From Trueperaceae bacterium (lineage in GTDB: Bacteria > Deinococcota > Deinococci > Deinococcales > Trueperaceae), in assembly GCA_965215565.1 (NCBI GenBank), contig CBDCDZ010000004.1, positions 640,001 to 704,000 of the forward strand: a stretch of DNA of 64,000 nt, read 5' to 3'. Each line of letters starts with the position of its first letter. Positions within the stretch are counted from its first letter, which is position 1. The position numbers and the translations under genes were made by a program. This document shows positions 40,451-49,254 of this stretch, piece after piece. Below the pieces are notes generated by a model. That model made no database searches and had not been told where the DNA came from. It saw nothing but the letters and a program-made list of their open reading frames with translations.

Positions 40451-41221
40451 ATGTCAATTGCAGCAAACTATCTCAAAACTACGGCGACGATGCTGTTAGG
40501 GCTCTCCCTCATCACCGTCTGCCTCGCCGCGAGCCAAAGCGACGCGGACTTCTACAGTTCAGGCTCGACTGACGGGTGGTCCAGGGAGTTTTCAGTCGGT
40601 GAGCCCTACAACGTCAAGCGCGTCTCCGCCCCAACCAGACGCGGCGCGTCGGCGCTGCGCATGGAGACGCGCTACGGCGACGCGGGCAACGGCTACCACA
40701 CCGAGATGGAAAAGCTAGACGCGGGGGTCCCAGGCGAAACCGCTTGGTACGGCTTTAGCACCTACGTGCCCACCTCTTGGGTGGACAGTGAGCAGATCGT
40801 GATCGTCGCGCAGTGGTGGAGCCATAACTCAGCAGGTCCGCCCCTCAGCTTTGAAATCAGGGGCGACGAGTGGCTCCTTGCGCAGCGTTGGCAAGAGCGG
40901 CCAAGCGGCAAGGTGAAAGAACCTGTCAGCGCTGTGCGTAAGGGGGAGTGGACCGACTGGGTCATCGAGGCGCACTGGTCAGACAGGGACAGCGGCTACC
41001 TCAAGGTGTGGCGTAACGGCGAGGTAGTCTATGAGCGGCGCGGACCAAACATCTACCGCAGGACCAAGAGCTTGCGCTTCAAGCTCGGTCTCTACGTATG
41101 GCCCTGGAAGGACGAACGCCCCTCACCGACGCGCAGCAGCCCGCGCGTCATCTACCACGACGAGGTCCGCATCGGCGGTGAAGACGCGAGTTATGACGCG
41201 GTCAGCCCGGCTCGCCCGTGA
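40451..41221 (+). CDS. Secreted polysaccharide lyase-like beta-sandwich protein
   Basis: Signal peptide; WYGFS.YVP, AQW, W.DW, G.LKVW.NG, FKLG.Y and Y.DEVRI motifs. Confidence 0.75.
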   Translation: MSIAANYLKTTATMLLGLSLITVCLAASQSDADFYSSGSTDGWSREFSVGEPYNVKRVSAPTRRGASALRMETRYGDAGNGYHTEMEKLDAGVPGETAWYGFSTYVPTSWVDSEQIVIVAQWWSHNSAGPPLSFEIRGDEWLLAQRWQERPSGKVKEPVSAVRKGEWTDWVIEAHWSDRDSGYLKVWRNGEVVYERRGPNIYRRTKSLRFKLGLYVWPWKDERPSPTRSSPRVIYHDEVRIGGEDASYDAVSPARP

Positions 41222-41222
41222 G

Positions 41223-41465
41223 CTAGCGCCCCGTAAACGAGTGCGAGGTGAGCGGCATCCGCTGCTCACGCAAGGTGCCCGCTTCGTCCACCGAAAGCTC
41301 CCACACGGCGAGTTCGGGGCGCAGCTCGTACGCCCGCAGCTCGAGCCGCCGCCGGAACTCCGCGTCCCAGAGGTGCCGGTGCGCCAAGAGGTGCTCCAAA
41401 AAACGCGGCGGCACGCAGCCCCCTAGTGCAAAGTCGAGCACCTCGAGCAAGTCACGCTTATCCAT
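41223..41465 (-). CDS. Small hypothetical protein
   Basis: TATAAT-N8-ATG leaderless start. Confidence 0.5.
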   Translation of the reverse strand: MDKRDLLEVLDFALGGCVPPRFLEHLLAHRHLWDAEFRRRLELRAYELRPELAVWELSVDEAGTLREQRMPLTSHSFTGR

Positions 41466-41681
41466 CTGACGCTATTATAGCGCGTCGCTACCGCCATAGC
41501 TGTTTCGGGACGAGCGGCGAAACGTGGTCACGGTCTCAAATAAACAGCAGTTCCAAAACATACTGAGACAAAGTGTCGCAGGTATCATTACCGAACGTGT
41601 GCTGCTTACGCAGTTTTCCGAAGGAAACGACGTTCTCAAAAGTAAGAGTGTCTCAAACCAGATGAACTTAGTATAGAGTTG

Positions 41682-42620
41682 TCAAGCCCCCTTCCACCTC
41701 TGTGGGTGCTGCTGAGTGACTTGCAGCATGAAACGAAAGAGTTCTCTTGCGAGATAGGTTTTGAGACTTCTTAGAGCAGCCCGGCGGGTCTTGCCTTGCT
41801 GCTGTTTCTTGTCGAGATAGGCTCTTGTCGGTTCGCTGTGGCGCAGTCTGACTTGGGCAATCATGTGAAAGGTGCGGTTGAGCCGACGGTTGCCGCCGAT
41901 GTTGAGTTGCCTTCTCTTCTGACCACCAGAAGAGCGCTCGACAGGCGCACAACCTGAATACATGGCAAAGGCGTGTTGTGAACGAAAGCGTCGGATGTCA
42001 CCTGCTTCAGCAAGTAGCGTGGCGGCGTGAACGACGCCGACGCCAAAGACCTCTAAGAGTTCAGGCATCAGTTCGTCAACGAGGGCTTTCATCGCCTGCT
42101 CGAGCGTCTTGAGTTGTTCTTTAAGCACTGCAATAACGGCTTCGACGGCTTGGCGAGCCACCTCTAGCTCAAGGCTCGCTAAGCTCAGCTTGTGCGCTGT
42201 AAGCTGTTTAGCTAGCGCTTCTCGGGTGCGGGTCAGATGTTTGAGGTCTTCAACCGCTTGCCGAGGTGCAAACGTAGTCAGCTCAGGATTAGCCAAAGCA
42301 GCCCGAGCTACGTTTTCAGCGTCTACCTCATCACTCTTCTTGCGTCCTCTTTTGCTGCGGTACTGACTCGTCAGACTCGGACTAATGTCCACAACCTTAT
42401 GGTCCTGCCCGAGCAACGCTTGACTCAACCTCCGAGCAAAGGGGTTATTCGCCCCTTCAATAGCGCACCGCTGAACGTCATAGCGCTTTATCCAGTGCTC
42501 CAAAGTTGCCAAGCCCTCAGCCGTATTCGTAACGGTGCAGTGACCTAATACCTTGCCCTGTTTATCTAACGCTGCTGCGGTATGGCTCTGCGGATGTGGA
42601 TCAACCCCTATAATGACCAT
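41682..42620 (-). CDS. IS110 DEDD recombinase (bridge recombinase)
   Basis: IGVD, AIEG, KSDEVDA, APVERSSG (catalytic Ser) and GGNRRLN motifs; AAGGAGG RBS. Confidence 0.95.
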   Translation of the reverse strand: MVIIGVDPHPQSHTAAALDKQGKVLGHCTVTNTAEGLATLEHWIKRYDVQRCAIEGANNPFARRLSQALLGQDHKVVDISPSLTSQYRSKRGRKKSDEVDAENVARAALANPELTTFAPRQAVEDLKHLTRTREALAKQLTAHKLSLASLELEVARQAVEAVIAVLKEQLKTLEQAMKALVDELMPELLEVFGVGVVHAATLLAEAGDIRRFRSQHAFAMYSGCAPVERSSGGQKRRQLNIGGNRRLNRTFHMIAQVRLRHSEPTRAYLDKKQQQGKTRRAALRSLKTYLARELFRFMLQVTQQHPQRWKGA

Positions 42621-42780
42621 ACAACCTCCTTAGGTTGCTGCTCACGGTAGCTGCTTATCCGTCTATGAGGCTACTAAGCGTCTTAGTATCAGGCAAGCTC
42701 CGTGTAGCTTAGTGAGCGAGGTGTGCAGTTCATCTGTTAGCCCTAAAGCTGATACTTGCTGGGCATCACCTCGCTTCTCT
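42621..42780 (-). ncRNA. Predicted IS110 bridge RNA with target- and donor-binding loops
   Basis: Stem GCGAGGTG/CACCTCGC encloses AGCAAGTATC and CAGATGA (target guides); a second stem encloses ATACTAAG and TAGACGGA (donor guides); RNA ends approximate. Confidence 0.8.
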
Positions 42781-42807
42781 TAATATACGGATACCTGCTA
42801 AAAAAAC

Positions 42808-42841
42808 GGAAGAGGTCCGCTTTCTAAAGCGGACCTCTTCC
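42808..42841 (-). terminator. Intrinsic terminator after aconitase
   Basis: GGAAGAGGTCCGCTTT/AAAGCGGACCTCTTCC with a T run on the minus strand. Confidence 0.8.
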
Positions 42842-42865
42842 CTCTATTCTCAGTTCTCTGTAGAC

Positions 42866-44815
42866 CTAACCCGCCGCGCCCAAACGCTCGCGCACTTGGT
42901 TGATCAGGCTACCCGCCAAGACCATATCGACTTGACGCGCGCTCATCTCGTGCTCCGCTTTGTAGCTCTCCCCTTTCGTCTCGTTGACGACTGTGACCGT
43001 AGCGCTCCCTTCGAGGGCGTCACGCACGCCCTCGAGTTTCAACGTGTCCCCTTGTTCGATCTTATCGAAGTCGGCTGGGTCAGCGAAGGTGAGGGGCAAG
43101 ATGCCGAAGTTATTGAGGTTCTGCCAGTGGATGCGGGCGAAGCTCTTAGCTAAAACGGCTTTGACACCCAGATAGCGCGGGGCGATGGCGGCGTGTTCGC
43201 GGCTCGAGCCTTGCCCGTAGTTGTCGCCACCGACAATCATCGAGCCGCCCTCGTCTTTGACCTCTAGCGCCCGCTCCGTATACGACGGGTCCACCTGATA
43301 GTAGACGAACTCGCTGATCTTAGGAATGTTCGAGCGGTAGGGCAGCACGTTGGAGCCGGCGGGCATGATCTCGTCCGTGGAGATGTCGTCGCCCACTTTG
43401 AGAAGGACGGGCAGCGTCAACGTATCGGACAGCGGCTCGAAGGGGGGCAGGTCTTGAACGTTGGGTCCTTTGATGATCTCGACCTCTTCCCCGTCTTGGG
43501 GCGGCTCGTGGATCATGCGGGCGTTGACGGTGATCTCAGACGGCTCTTTATACTGCGGGTAGGGCATGTCCAGCGTGCGCGGGTCGGTGATGACGCCTGT
43601 AAGCGCCGAAGCCGTCGCCGTTTCGGGGCTGCAGAGGTGCACCGCGTCCTCTTCGGTGCCGCTGCGCCCAGGGAAGTTGCGCGGCACGGTGCGCAAGCTG
43701 ATGCGCCCCGTCGCGGGCGCTTGACCCATGCCGATGCAGCCGTTACAGCCCGCCTGGTGAAGGCGTCCGCCGCTGCGGATGAGCGAGGCGAGGTGGCCCT
43801 CTTCGGTTAAGTTTTCTAGGATTTGCCTCGAGCTGGGATTGATATCGAAGGACACGTCGGTGTGAACCTGCTTGTCCTCGACCATCATCGCGGGCACCGC
43901 GAAGTCGCGCATCCCAGGGTTCGCCGACGAGCCGATATAGGCTTGGTAGATTTTCTTGCCCGCCACGTCGCTGACCGGCACGACGTTTCCGGGGCTCGAA
44001 GGCAACGCGATCATCGGCTCGACCGTGGCGAGGTCAAGCTCCTCAATCTTATCGTACTCCGCGCCCTCGTCCGCGACGATTTCTACCCAGTTGTCCTCGC
44101 GCCCTTGCGACTTGAGGAAGCGCTTGATCTCGCCGTCGGACGGGAAGACTGTGCTCGTCGCGCCCATCTCAGTGCCCATGTTCGCAATCACGTGGCGGTC
44201 CATCGCCGAGAGGTTGTCTAAACCGGGTCCGAAATACTCGATGACGTAGCCCTTCGCGCCGTCCACGTCGTAGCGGCGCAGCATCTCCAGCACAACATCT
44301 TTGGCGCTGACCCAGTCTTGCAGTTCGCCCATGAGCTTCACGCCTAAAACTTTGGGCATCTTGATGTATAAGGGCTCGCCCGCCATCGCCAAGCAGACCT
44401 CTAAACCGCCCGCGCCGATAGCCAGCATGCCCATCGAGCCCGCAGCGGGCGTGTGCGAGTCGGAGCCTACGAGCGTCTTGCCAGGAATGCCGAAGCGCTC
44501 CATATGGACGGCGTGCGAGATGCCGTTGCCGGGGCGCGAGAAGTAAACGCCGAACTTTTCGCAGGCGCTCTGTAAGAAGAGGTGATCGTCCGGGTTCTTG
44601 TGATCCGCTTGGATGAGGTTGTGGTCCACGTACTGCGCGGAGAGTTCGGTTTTGACCTTGGGGAGACCCAACGCTTCGAACTCGAGCATCACCAGCGTCC
44701 CCGTTGCATCTTGCGTCAAGGTCTGGTCCATCTTGAGCCCGATCTCTTGGCCCGCCGTCATCTCGCCGTCGACGAGGTGGCTTTTGGTGAGTTTTTGTGT
44801 GACGTTTTGCGCCAT
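42866..44815 (-). CDS. Aconitate hydratase (short ~650-aa type)
   Basis: TQDATG, DHN, GSDSHT, C.GCIG and NYGQGSSREHA motifs. Confidence 0.93.
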   Translation of the reverse strand: MAQNVTQKLTKSHLVDGEMTAGQEIGLKMDQTLTQDATGTLVMLEFEALGLPKVKTELSAQYVDHNLIQADHKNPDDHLFLQSACEKFGVYFSRPGNGISHAVHMERFGIPGKTLVGSDSHTPAAGSMGMLAIGAGGLEVCLAMAGEPLYIKMPKVLGVKLMGELQDWVSAKDVVLEMLRRYDVDGAKGYVIEYFGPGLDNLSAMDRHVIANMGTEMGATSTVFPSDGEIKRFLKSQGREDNWVEIVADEGAEYDKIEELDLATVEPMIALPSSPGNVVPVSDVAGKKIYQAYIGSSANPGMRDFAVPAMMVEDKQVHTDVSFDINPSSRQILENLTEEGHLASLIRSGGRLHQAGCNGCIGMGQAPATGRISLRTVPRNFPGRSGTEEDAVHLCSPETATASALTGVITDPRTLDMPYPQYKEPSEITVNARMIHEPPQDGEEVEIIKGPNVQDLPPFEPLSDTLTLPVLLKVGDDISTDEIMPAGSNVLPYRSNIPKISEFVYYQVDPSYTERALEVKDEGGSMIVGGDNYGQGSSREHAAIAPRYLGVKAVLAKSFARIHWQNLNNFGILPLTFADPADFDKIEQGDTLKLEGVRDALEGSATVTVVNETKGESYKAEHEMSARQVDMVLAGSLINQVRERLGAAG

Positions 44816-45079
44816 GCTTCACCCTCCTTGTGGTGACAAATTAACTGTATCTGCTGCTCTAAGCGTAGCGCATGGCGGGCGTTAATAACGTAGTTCATCT
44901 CTAAGTCGCACCTATTGTCACTCCACAAAGGGCGAGGTCCGGTTTAGCCTCACAACCCGCGCCCTATCTATCTCCTCGCCGAAAAGTGGTGCCAGCGCAA
45001 GCGCGACGCACCTTGAACCAAGCGAGATGGGCTGCTCTAAGCCCGTCAGCGCGGCGCTGCGATTTCTCGGCGGCTACAT

Positions 45080-45988
45080 TTAGTCGTCCGCGCCGCCACT
45101 CACCGAGTCGCCCGGTATGTCCCCACCAAAGTCACCTCCGGTGGCGCTCTCATCCCCTATCTCTCCGCCGGGACCTTCTTCGCCATCTTCATCAGGTGCG
45201 CCGCCCGTCTCGGACCCTCCGGTGAACTCACCTACGTCCTCGTCAAAGTCCTCTTCGTCCTCCTCGAAGTCATCCTCGAAATCCTCGTCGAACTCGCCGT
45301 CCGGCGCGCCGCCCGTCTCGTCACCGCCGCTAGGGTCTAGCTCGGCGGGCGCGCCGAATACGTAGGCTTCGCGCAGGCGCGCCACGTCGTCGTCGTCCAC
45401 GACGCCGTCACCGTTGAGGTCGCCCGAGACGCCGACGCCACTCTGCCCGAAGGCGGCGGCGAGGTCTGCGAGGTCGTAGAAGTCCACAGTGCCGTCGCGG
45501 TTGACATCTTCGGCGGCGAAGCTCTCGAGGCTCGAGATCGCCCCCCTGTCCGCTTCGCTCAGGCTCGCGGCTGCGCCCGCCGGGAAGACGGGATTCATGA
45601 CGCCGCTCTCGTCGCCGCTCAGTGTGCCCAGACCGAGCAAGACGCCCGTCTCGTGCAAGAGGGCGCGGCGGCGGAGGTCGTTTTGAGGCTCCAACGTCGG
45701 GTTGAGCAGAATGACGACGCGGCGGGTGTCGGCTTCCGTGCGCTGCACGGTCAGCGAATACGTCTCCGGTCCGAAGTCGTCACCGCCGCCGTAGCGGACG
45801 CGGTTCTGCGCCTCTTCGGTGACGTCCGCTTCGATGTTCGCGCCCTCGACACCCTCCCACGTCGAGAACGCCGCCGCCACCGCGTCCGCCAAGTTGGGCG
45901 GACCCCCTTCGCCGTTCACCTGATAGTCGATGGCGAGCACCAAGCCGCCCAGAATGAGACTGCCCAGCGCAATACCTAACCGCCTCAC
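45080..45988 (-). CDS. Secreted matrixin-like pseudo-peptidase with a dockerin domain and an acidic tail
   Basis: Degenerate zinc motif HETGVLLGLG and VMNP Met-turn; DVNRDGTVDFYD and DLNGDGVVDDDD loops. Confidence 0.75.
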   Translation of the reverse strand: MRRLGIALGSLILGGLVLAIDYQVNGEGGPPNLADAVAAAFSTWEGVEGANIEADVTEEAQNRVRYGGGDDFGPETYSLTVQRTEADTRRVVILLNPTLEPQNDLRRRALLHETGVLLGLGTLSGDESGVMNPVFPAGAAASLSEADRGAISSLESFAAEDVNRDGTVDFYDLADLAAAFGQSGVGVSGDLNGDGVVDDDDVARLREAYVFGAPAELDPSGGDETGGAPDGEFDEDFEDDFEEDEEDFDEDVGEFTGGSETGGAPDEDGEEGPGGEIGDESATGGDFGGDIPGDSVSGGADD

Positions 45989-46551
45989 TGGGGGTCCTCG
46001 AAGCGCGTCACGAGCGCGTCTAGGAGGGCGTCGGTGCCCGCGCCCGCGCCGTCACGGGTGACCTCGCCCGCTTCGTCTAAGCTGAGTACGCGCCCCGTTT
46101 CGTCGCGAAAGCCCTCCTCGGACAGCCGCCACAGCCCCTGCGAAAAGCCCACGATAGGCGAGTAGTAGGGCGCGTCGTATGCGAACACGATGACCTCTTC
46201 GCCCAAGTTGAGCTGCGGCATCCCCGTTACGACGAGCGAGCGCCCGTCGTCCAACGTACCGCCCAAAAAGGCGAGCGTCGCCGTTTCGCCCAGCTCGCCC
46301 GTCAGCGCGCGCGTTACATCGAAGGTGACGACGGTGTAGGGGTCTCCGTCACGCTCCTCGACGTTCACCTCGGAGACCGTACCGTAAAAAGCGGTCTCGG
46401 CGCGCGTGGTGAGTTCGTCCAGCGTGAGTTCGGCGTAGGTCGTAGCGAAGGCGCACGCCGCGGTGAGAAGGGCTAGGGCGGCGACGAGGAGACGGCGCTG
46501 TCCTCTCGCCCACTGTATTCTGGCTTGCTCAGAGGTCGTTGGTAGTTTCAT
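45985..46551 (-). CDS. Secreted hypothetical protein (L.LDEL...A....GTV; GG...G.P....GEE..VF family)
   Basis: Signal peptide; translationally coupled on both sides. Confidence 0.7.
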   Translation of the reverse strand: MKLPTTSEQARIQWARGQRRLLVAALALLTAACAFATTYAELTLDELTTRAETAFYGTVSEVNVEERDGDPYTVVTFDVTRALTGELGETATLAFLGGTLDDGRSLVVTGMPQLNLGEEVIVFAYDAPYYSPIVGFSQGLWRLSEEGFRDETGRVLSLDEAGEVTRDGAGAGTDALLDALVTRFEDPQ

Positions 46552-47396
46552 CAGTCGTTATCTCCGTCAATGTTGGGGTCATCGGTAGGGTCTCCCGAAC
46601 CGCCCGTCTCGTCGCCACTCGCGTCGTCCAAGGTGTCGTCAAGGGTGTCATCGTCAAACGTATCTGGCGCAACGCCGCGCGTGACCTCCGCGAAGGCAAA
46701 GGCGCTATCGGCGGCGCGGAACTCGGTGCGGGCGGTGACTTCGGTTGTGCTGGGCTCGAGGGGTCTCAAATCGAAGGTGAAGATGCGAGCGCCCCCCGAA
46801 AACGCCTCGCCTAAAAACGCCACGTCCACGTTGAGTTCGCCCTCCTCGGCCTCCCTGAAGAACGCGATACGTCCGCGCGTCGCGCGGACGCTACCCGGCA
46901 CGAGTTCGAAGCGGTTGGCGTCCCAGGTGAGGAGCGTGCGAAACGCCCTCAAGTCGCGGGCGTCGCTTATGCTCACAGGCACGGTGAACACCTCGCTCAT
47001 CTCGGTCTCCGGGACGCTGAGGTCGAGCGTGGCGGGGGGCGGCACCGTGACCTCTAAGGTGTACTCCTGGAAGGTCTCGGAGAGGTTGGCGTCCGAAACG
47101 CTCACCGTGAAGGTAAAGGAGCCCGCTTCGGTGGGCGTGCCGCGCAGCGTCGCCCCTTGCAATTCCAGACCTGGCGGCAGCGCGCCTCGGCTCACCTCGT
47201 AATTGTAAGGACCGAGCCCCCCAAGGACCTCGACGTCGTCGCTATATACTTCACCGATAAAGGCGGGGTCTAAGGTCTGCTCGAAGATGCGCAGCCGCTC
47301 GCCCGGCGTGTCGATTTCGGTGCCGCAGCTTAGCAGCGCGCCCGCGAGCAGGCTGAACACGAGGACCGAAAGAGAATGGCGGAAGGGATGGGTCAT
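46551..47396 (-). CDS. Lipoprotein with a putative-Ig (He_PIG) domain and a cohesin-like domain
   Basis: LLSC lipobox; GG.GPY..G.LPPGL..GTPT.AG.FTFTV.V.D; FTVPVSI...L.WD...FEL. Confidence 0.75.
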   Translation of the reverse strand: MTHPFRHSLSVLVFSLLAGALLSCGTEIDTPGERLRIFEQTLDPAFIGEVYSDDVEVLGGLGPYNYEVSRGALPPGLELQGATLRGTPTEAGSFTFTVSVSDANLSETFQEYTLEVTVPPPATLDLSVPETEMSEVFTVPVSISDARDLRAFRTLLTWDANRFELVPGSVRATRGRIAFFREAEEGELNVDVAFLGEAFSGGARIFTFDLRPLEPSTTEVTARTEFRAADSAFAFAEVTRGVAPDTFDDDTLDDTLDDASGDETGGSGDPTDDPNIDGDND

Positions 47397-47466
47397 GCTG
47401 CTCAGCGTATCAGGTTCGGCTTAGAGGAGTTTTAGAACGGGGACAATGTGAGGTTTTTGGCAAGAA

Positions 47467-47693
47467 CAGCAGGTATCCGTATATTAAATGAGGTGCTGCT
47501 AGGCAGCAAACTGCGTAACTAAGTACTCCAGCCTAAATAATCTAAACTATTTTGGAAAGATTTCTCCCTGTAAGATGCGTTTCGTCAACCTCTTTAGTTT
47601 AGGTTATTTCCACGCACCTACTTATCATGTATATTCTGAGATGAGATTCCGTTAAGCTGCGCCTAACTGTCTCAATATGTCACGGAACTGCTC
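47467..47693. mobile_element. Chimeric MITE A relic with an IS110 left-junction sequence
   Basis: 47468-47487 is identical to the reverse complement of 42780-42799; MITE left end at 47669-47693. Confidence 0.65.
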
Positions 47694-47753
47694 TCATAAA
47701 GACGCATACATGAAGACGCGTAGCGCGGTTCACCGCACTGATAAGATGCCCCT

Positions 47754-48338
47754 ATGAATATCGCTACAGTGCTCTATCACGAGGTTCACGAGCTGGATGT
47801 GGTCAGTGTGTATAGCGTGATCCGTGCGGCGTCGAATTCCGTAGCAGAAGATGACCTCAACCTCTTCACCACGGCGAAGTCGCGCAACTCGGTGCAGACC
47901 TCCGGCGGGCTGACCGTCACACCGCAGTGGGCGTTCATGAGCGCGCCCGAGCCAGACGTGCTCGTCATTCCGGGGGGCGCAGGCGTGGACGCGGCGAGCC
48001 GCGACAAGGCGCTGACCTCTTACTTGAAGGACAGAGCGGCGGGGGCGCGGCTGCTCGTGAGCGTCGGCACGGGCGCGTTTTTGCTGGGCGAACTTGGGCT
48101 TTTGCGCGATCTGCGGGCGACGACGTGGCTGCCACTCCGTGAGCGGCTACTAGACTACGAAGTCGGCGAGGTGGTCGAGGCGAGAGTCGTTAAAAACGAG
48201 CGCATCTGGTGCGCGGGCGGCGCGTCGGCGGGGTTGGACGTGGGGTTGGAGCTGCTGCACGAGTTTTACGGTGAAGAAATCGCGGCGAAGGCGGCGGAAC
48301 GCCTCGCGTATCCCTTTTGGCAGCCCGTAGCGCTGTAA
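47754..48338 (+). CDS. DJ-1/PfpI family protein lacking the catalytic Cys
   Basis: ELD, IPGG and SVGTGA (usually SVCTGA). Confidence 0.85.
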   Translation: MNIATVLYHEVHELDVVSVYSVIRAASNSVAEDDLNLFTTAKSRNSVQTSGGLTVTPQWAFMSAPEPDVLVIPGGAGVDAASRDKALTSYLKDRAAGARLLVSVGTGAFLLGELGLLRDLRATTWLPLRERLLDYEVGEVVEARVVKNERIWCAGGASAGLDVGLELLHEFYGEEIAAKAAERLAYPFWQPVAL

Positions 48339-48342
48339 GGTC

Positions 48343-49254
48343 ATGCAGGTCTTGAACTGCCCGGTTGACGAAGCGATGTGGCGACGGTGGGAGGCGCATT
48401 TTGCGCCCCAAGCGCAACCTTTCTTTCTCTCTGAAGGTTGCGCAGGTATGTTTGCGTCACAGGTGCGCTGGACGCGGCGCGAGTTCGGCGAGATGCGTGC
48501 GCCACTCAGTCTCAGTGATACGTTTCAGCTTTATGAGGTCAGGGCCGAAGCAACGTGGGCGTTGTGGTTGGACGAAGCAGCGTTCTTTAGCCTGTCGGCG
48601 TCGGCGCGGCGTCTGCTGCTTGAGGAGCAGCGACGTTTAGGGCGCGGCGGTGTGGTTGCTTTGGATGATTGGCTGGATAAGGCTGGACCTGCTGACAGCG
48701 TTCTGCTCGAGGCGGCGGCGGACGGCAGTTCGTTCGTCTGGTGGACCTCTTTGTGGCGCAAGCTTACGCCCGCTCTTCGTCGGCGTGTCTTACTGTCCTT
48801 CGTCGCATCTGAACGGCTACCTTGCGAGCGCCACAACCTTTCTAAGGAACGTTGGCAAGAGGTTGACGCCCGCTTTCCGGCTGTTCGCTCCTTAACGGGC
48901 ATGTTCGTTTCTGAAAGCGGCGCGAACTGCTTGAGCACGGTGGTGGCGGCGTGCGGCGTTCCTGCGGTAGCTGAGGTCTGGCTCCACTCGGCTCCTTTTT
49001 CGAGGTGGTTAGAGGCTCGAGCGACAGAGACGGACGATCTCGACGCGCTAGGAACAGTTCTGGTGTGGCGGTCGCAGGATGAAGTTCAACACGCGGCACT
49101 TTGTTTGGGTGACGGCTGGGCGCTCCACAAGGAGGCGCAGGCGTGGTTCGCGCCGCGTCAGGTGGCGGCGCTGAGTGACGTGAGAAAACGTTGGGACACA
49201 CCGGACAGTTCGGTCACGGGGTACGCCGTAGAGTGGAGCCATAGAAAGAGGTGA
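48343..49254 (+). CDS. Hypothetical protein with a C-terminal NlpC/P60-like Cys-His domain
   Basis: GANCL...G.VLVW...HAA..LGDG..LHK. Confidence 0.55.
   Translation: MQVLNCPVDEAMWRRWEAHFAPQAQPFFLSEGCAGMFASQVRWTRREFGEMRAPLSLSDTFQLYEVRAEATWALWLDEAAFFSLSASARRLLLEEQRRLGRGGVVALDDWLDKAGPADSVLLEAAADGSSFVWWTSLWRKLTPALRRRVLLSFVASERLPCERHNLSKERWQEVDARFPAVRSLTGMFVSESGANCLSTVVAACGVPAVAEVWLHSAPFSRWLEARATETDDLDALGTVLVWRSQDEVQHAALCLGDGWALHKEAQAWFAPRQVAALSDVRKRWDTPDSSVTGYAVEWSHRKR

Larger units (their letters stand above)
41666..42791 (-). mobile_element. IS110-family element, about 1.13 kb, TC core at both junctions, no terminal inverted repeats
   Basis: Boundaries set by comparison with empty TAGCAGGTA-TC-ATCTGG sites at 13223 and 53412-53428. 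Confidence 0.92.
41545..42800. mobile_element. MITE A copy (AAA duplication) interrupted by IS110
   Basis: 41545-41665 plus 42792-42800 rebuild the intact MITE seen at 53328-53428. Confidence 0.85.

Noticed and set aside
44169..44822. 217-aa alternative-frame ORF in aconitase and similar shadow ORFs (46570-47202, 24841-25578, 59457-59954)
   Set aside because: They overlap well-supported genes, have biased composition and are expected in GC-rich DNA
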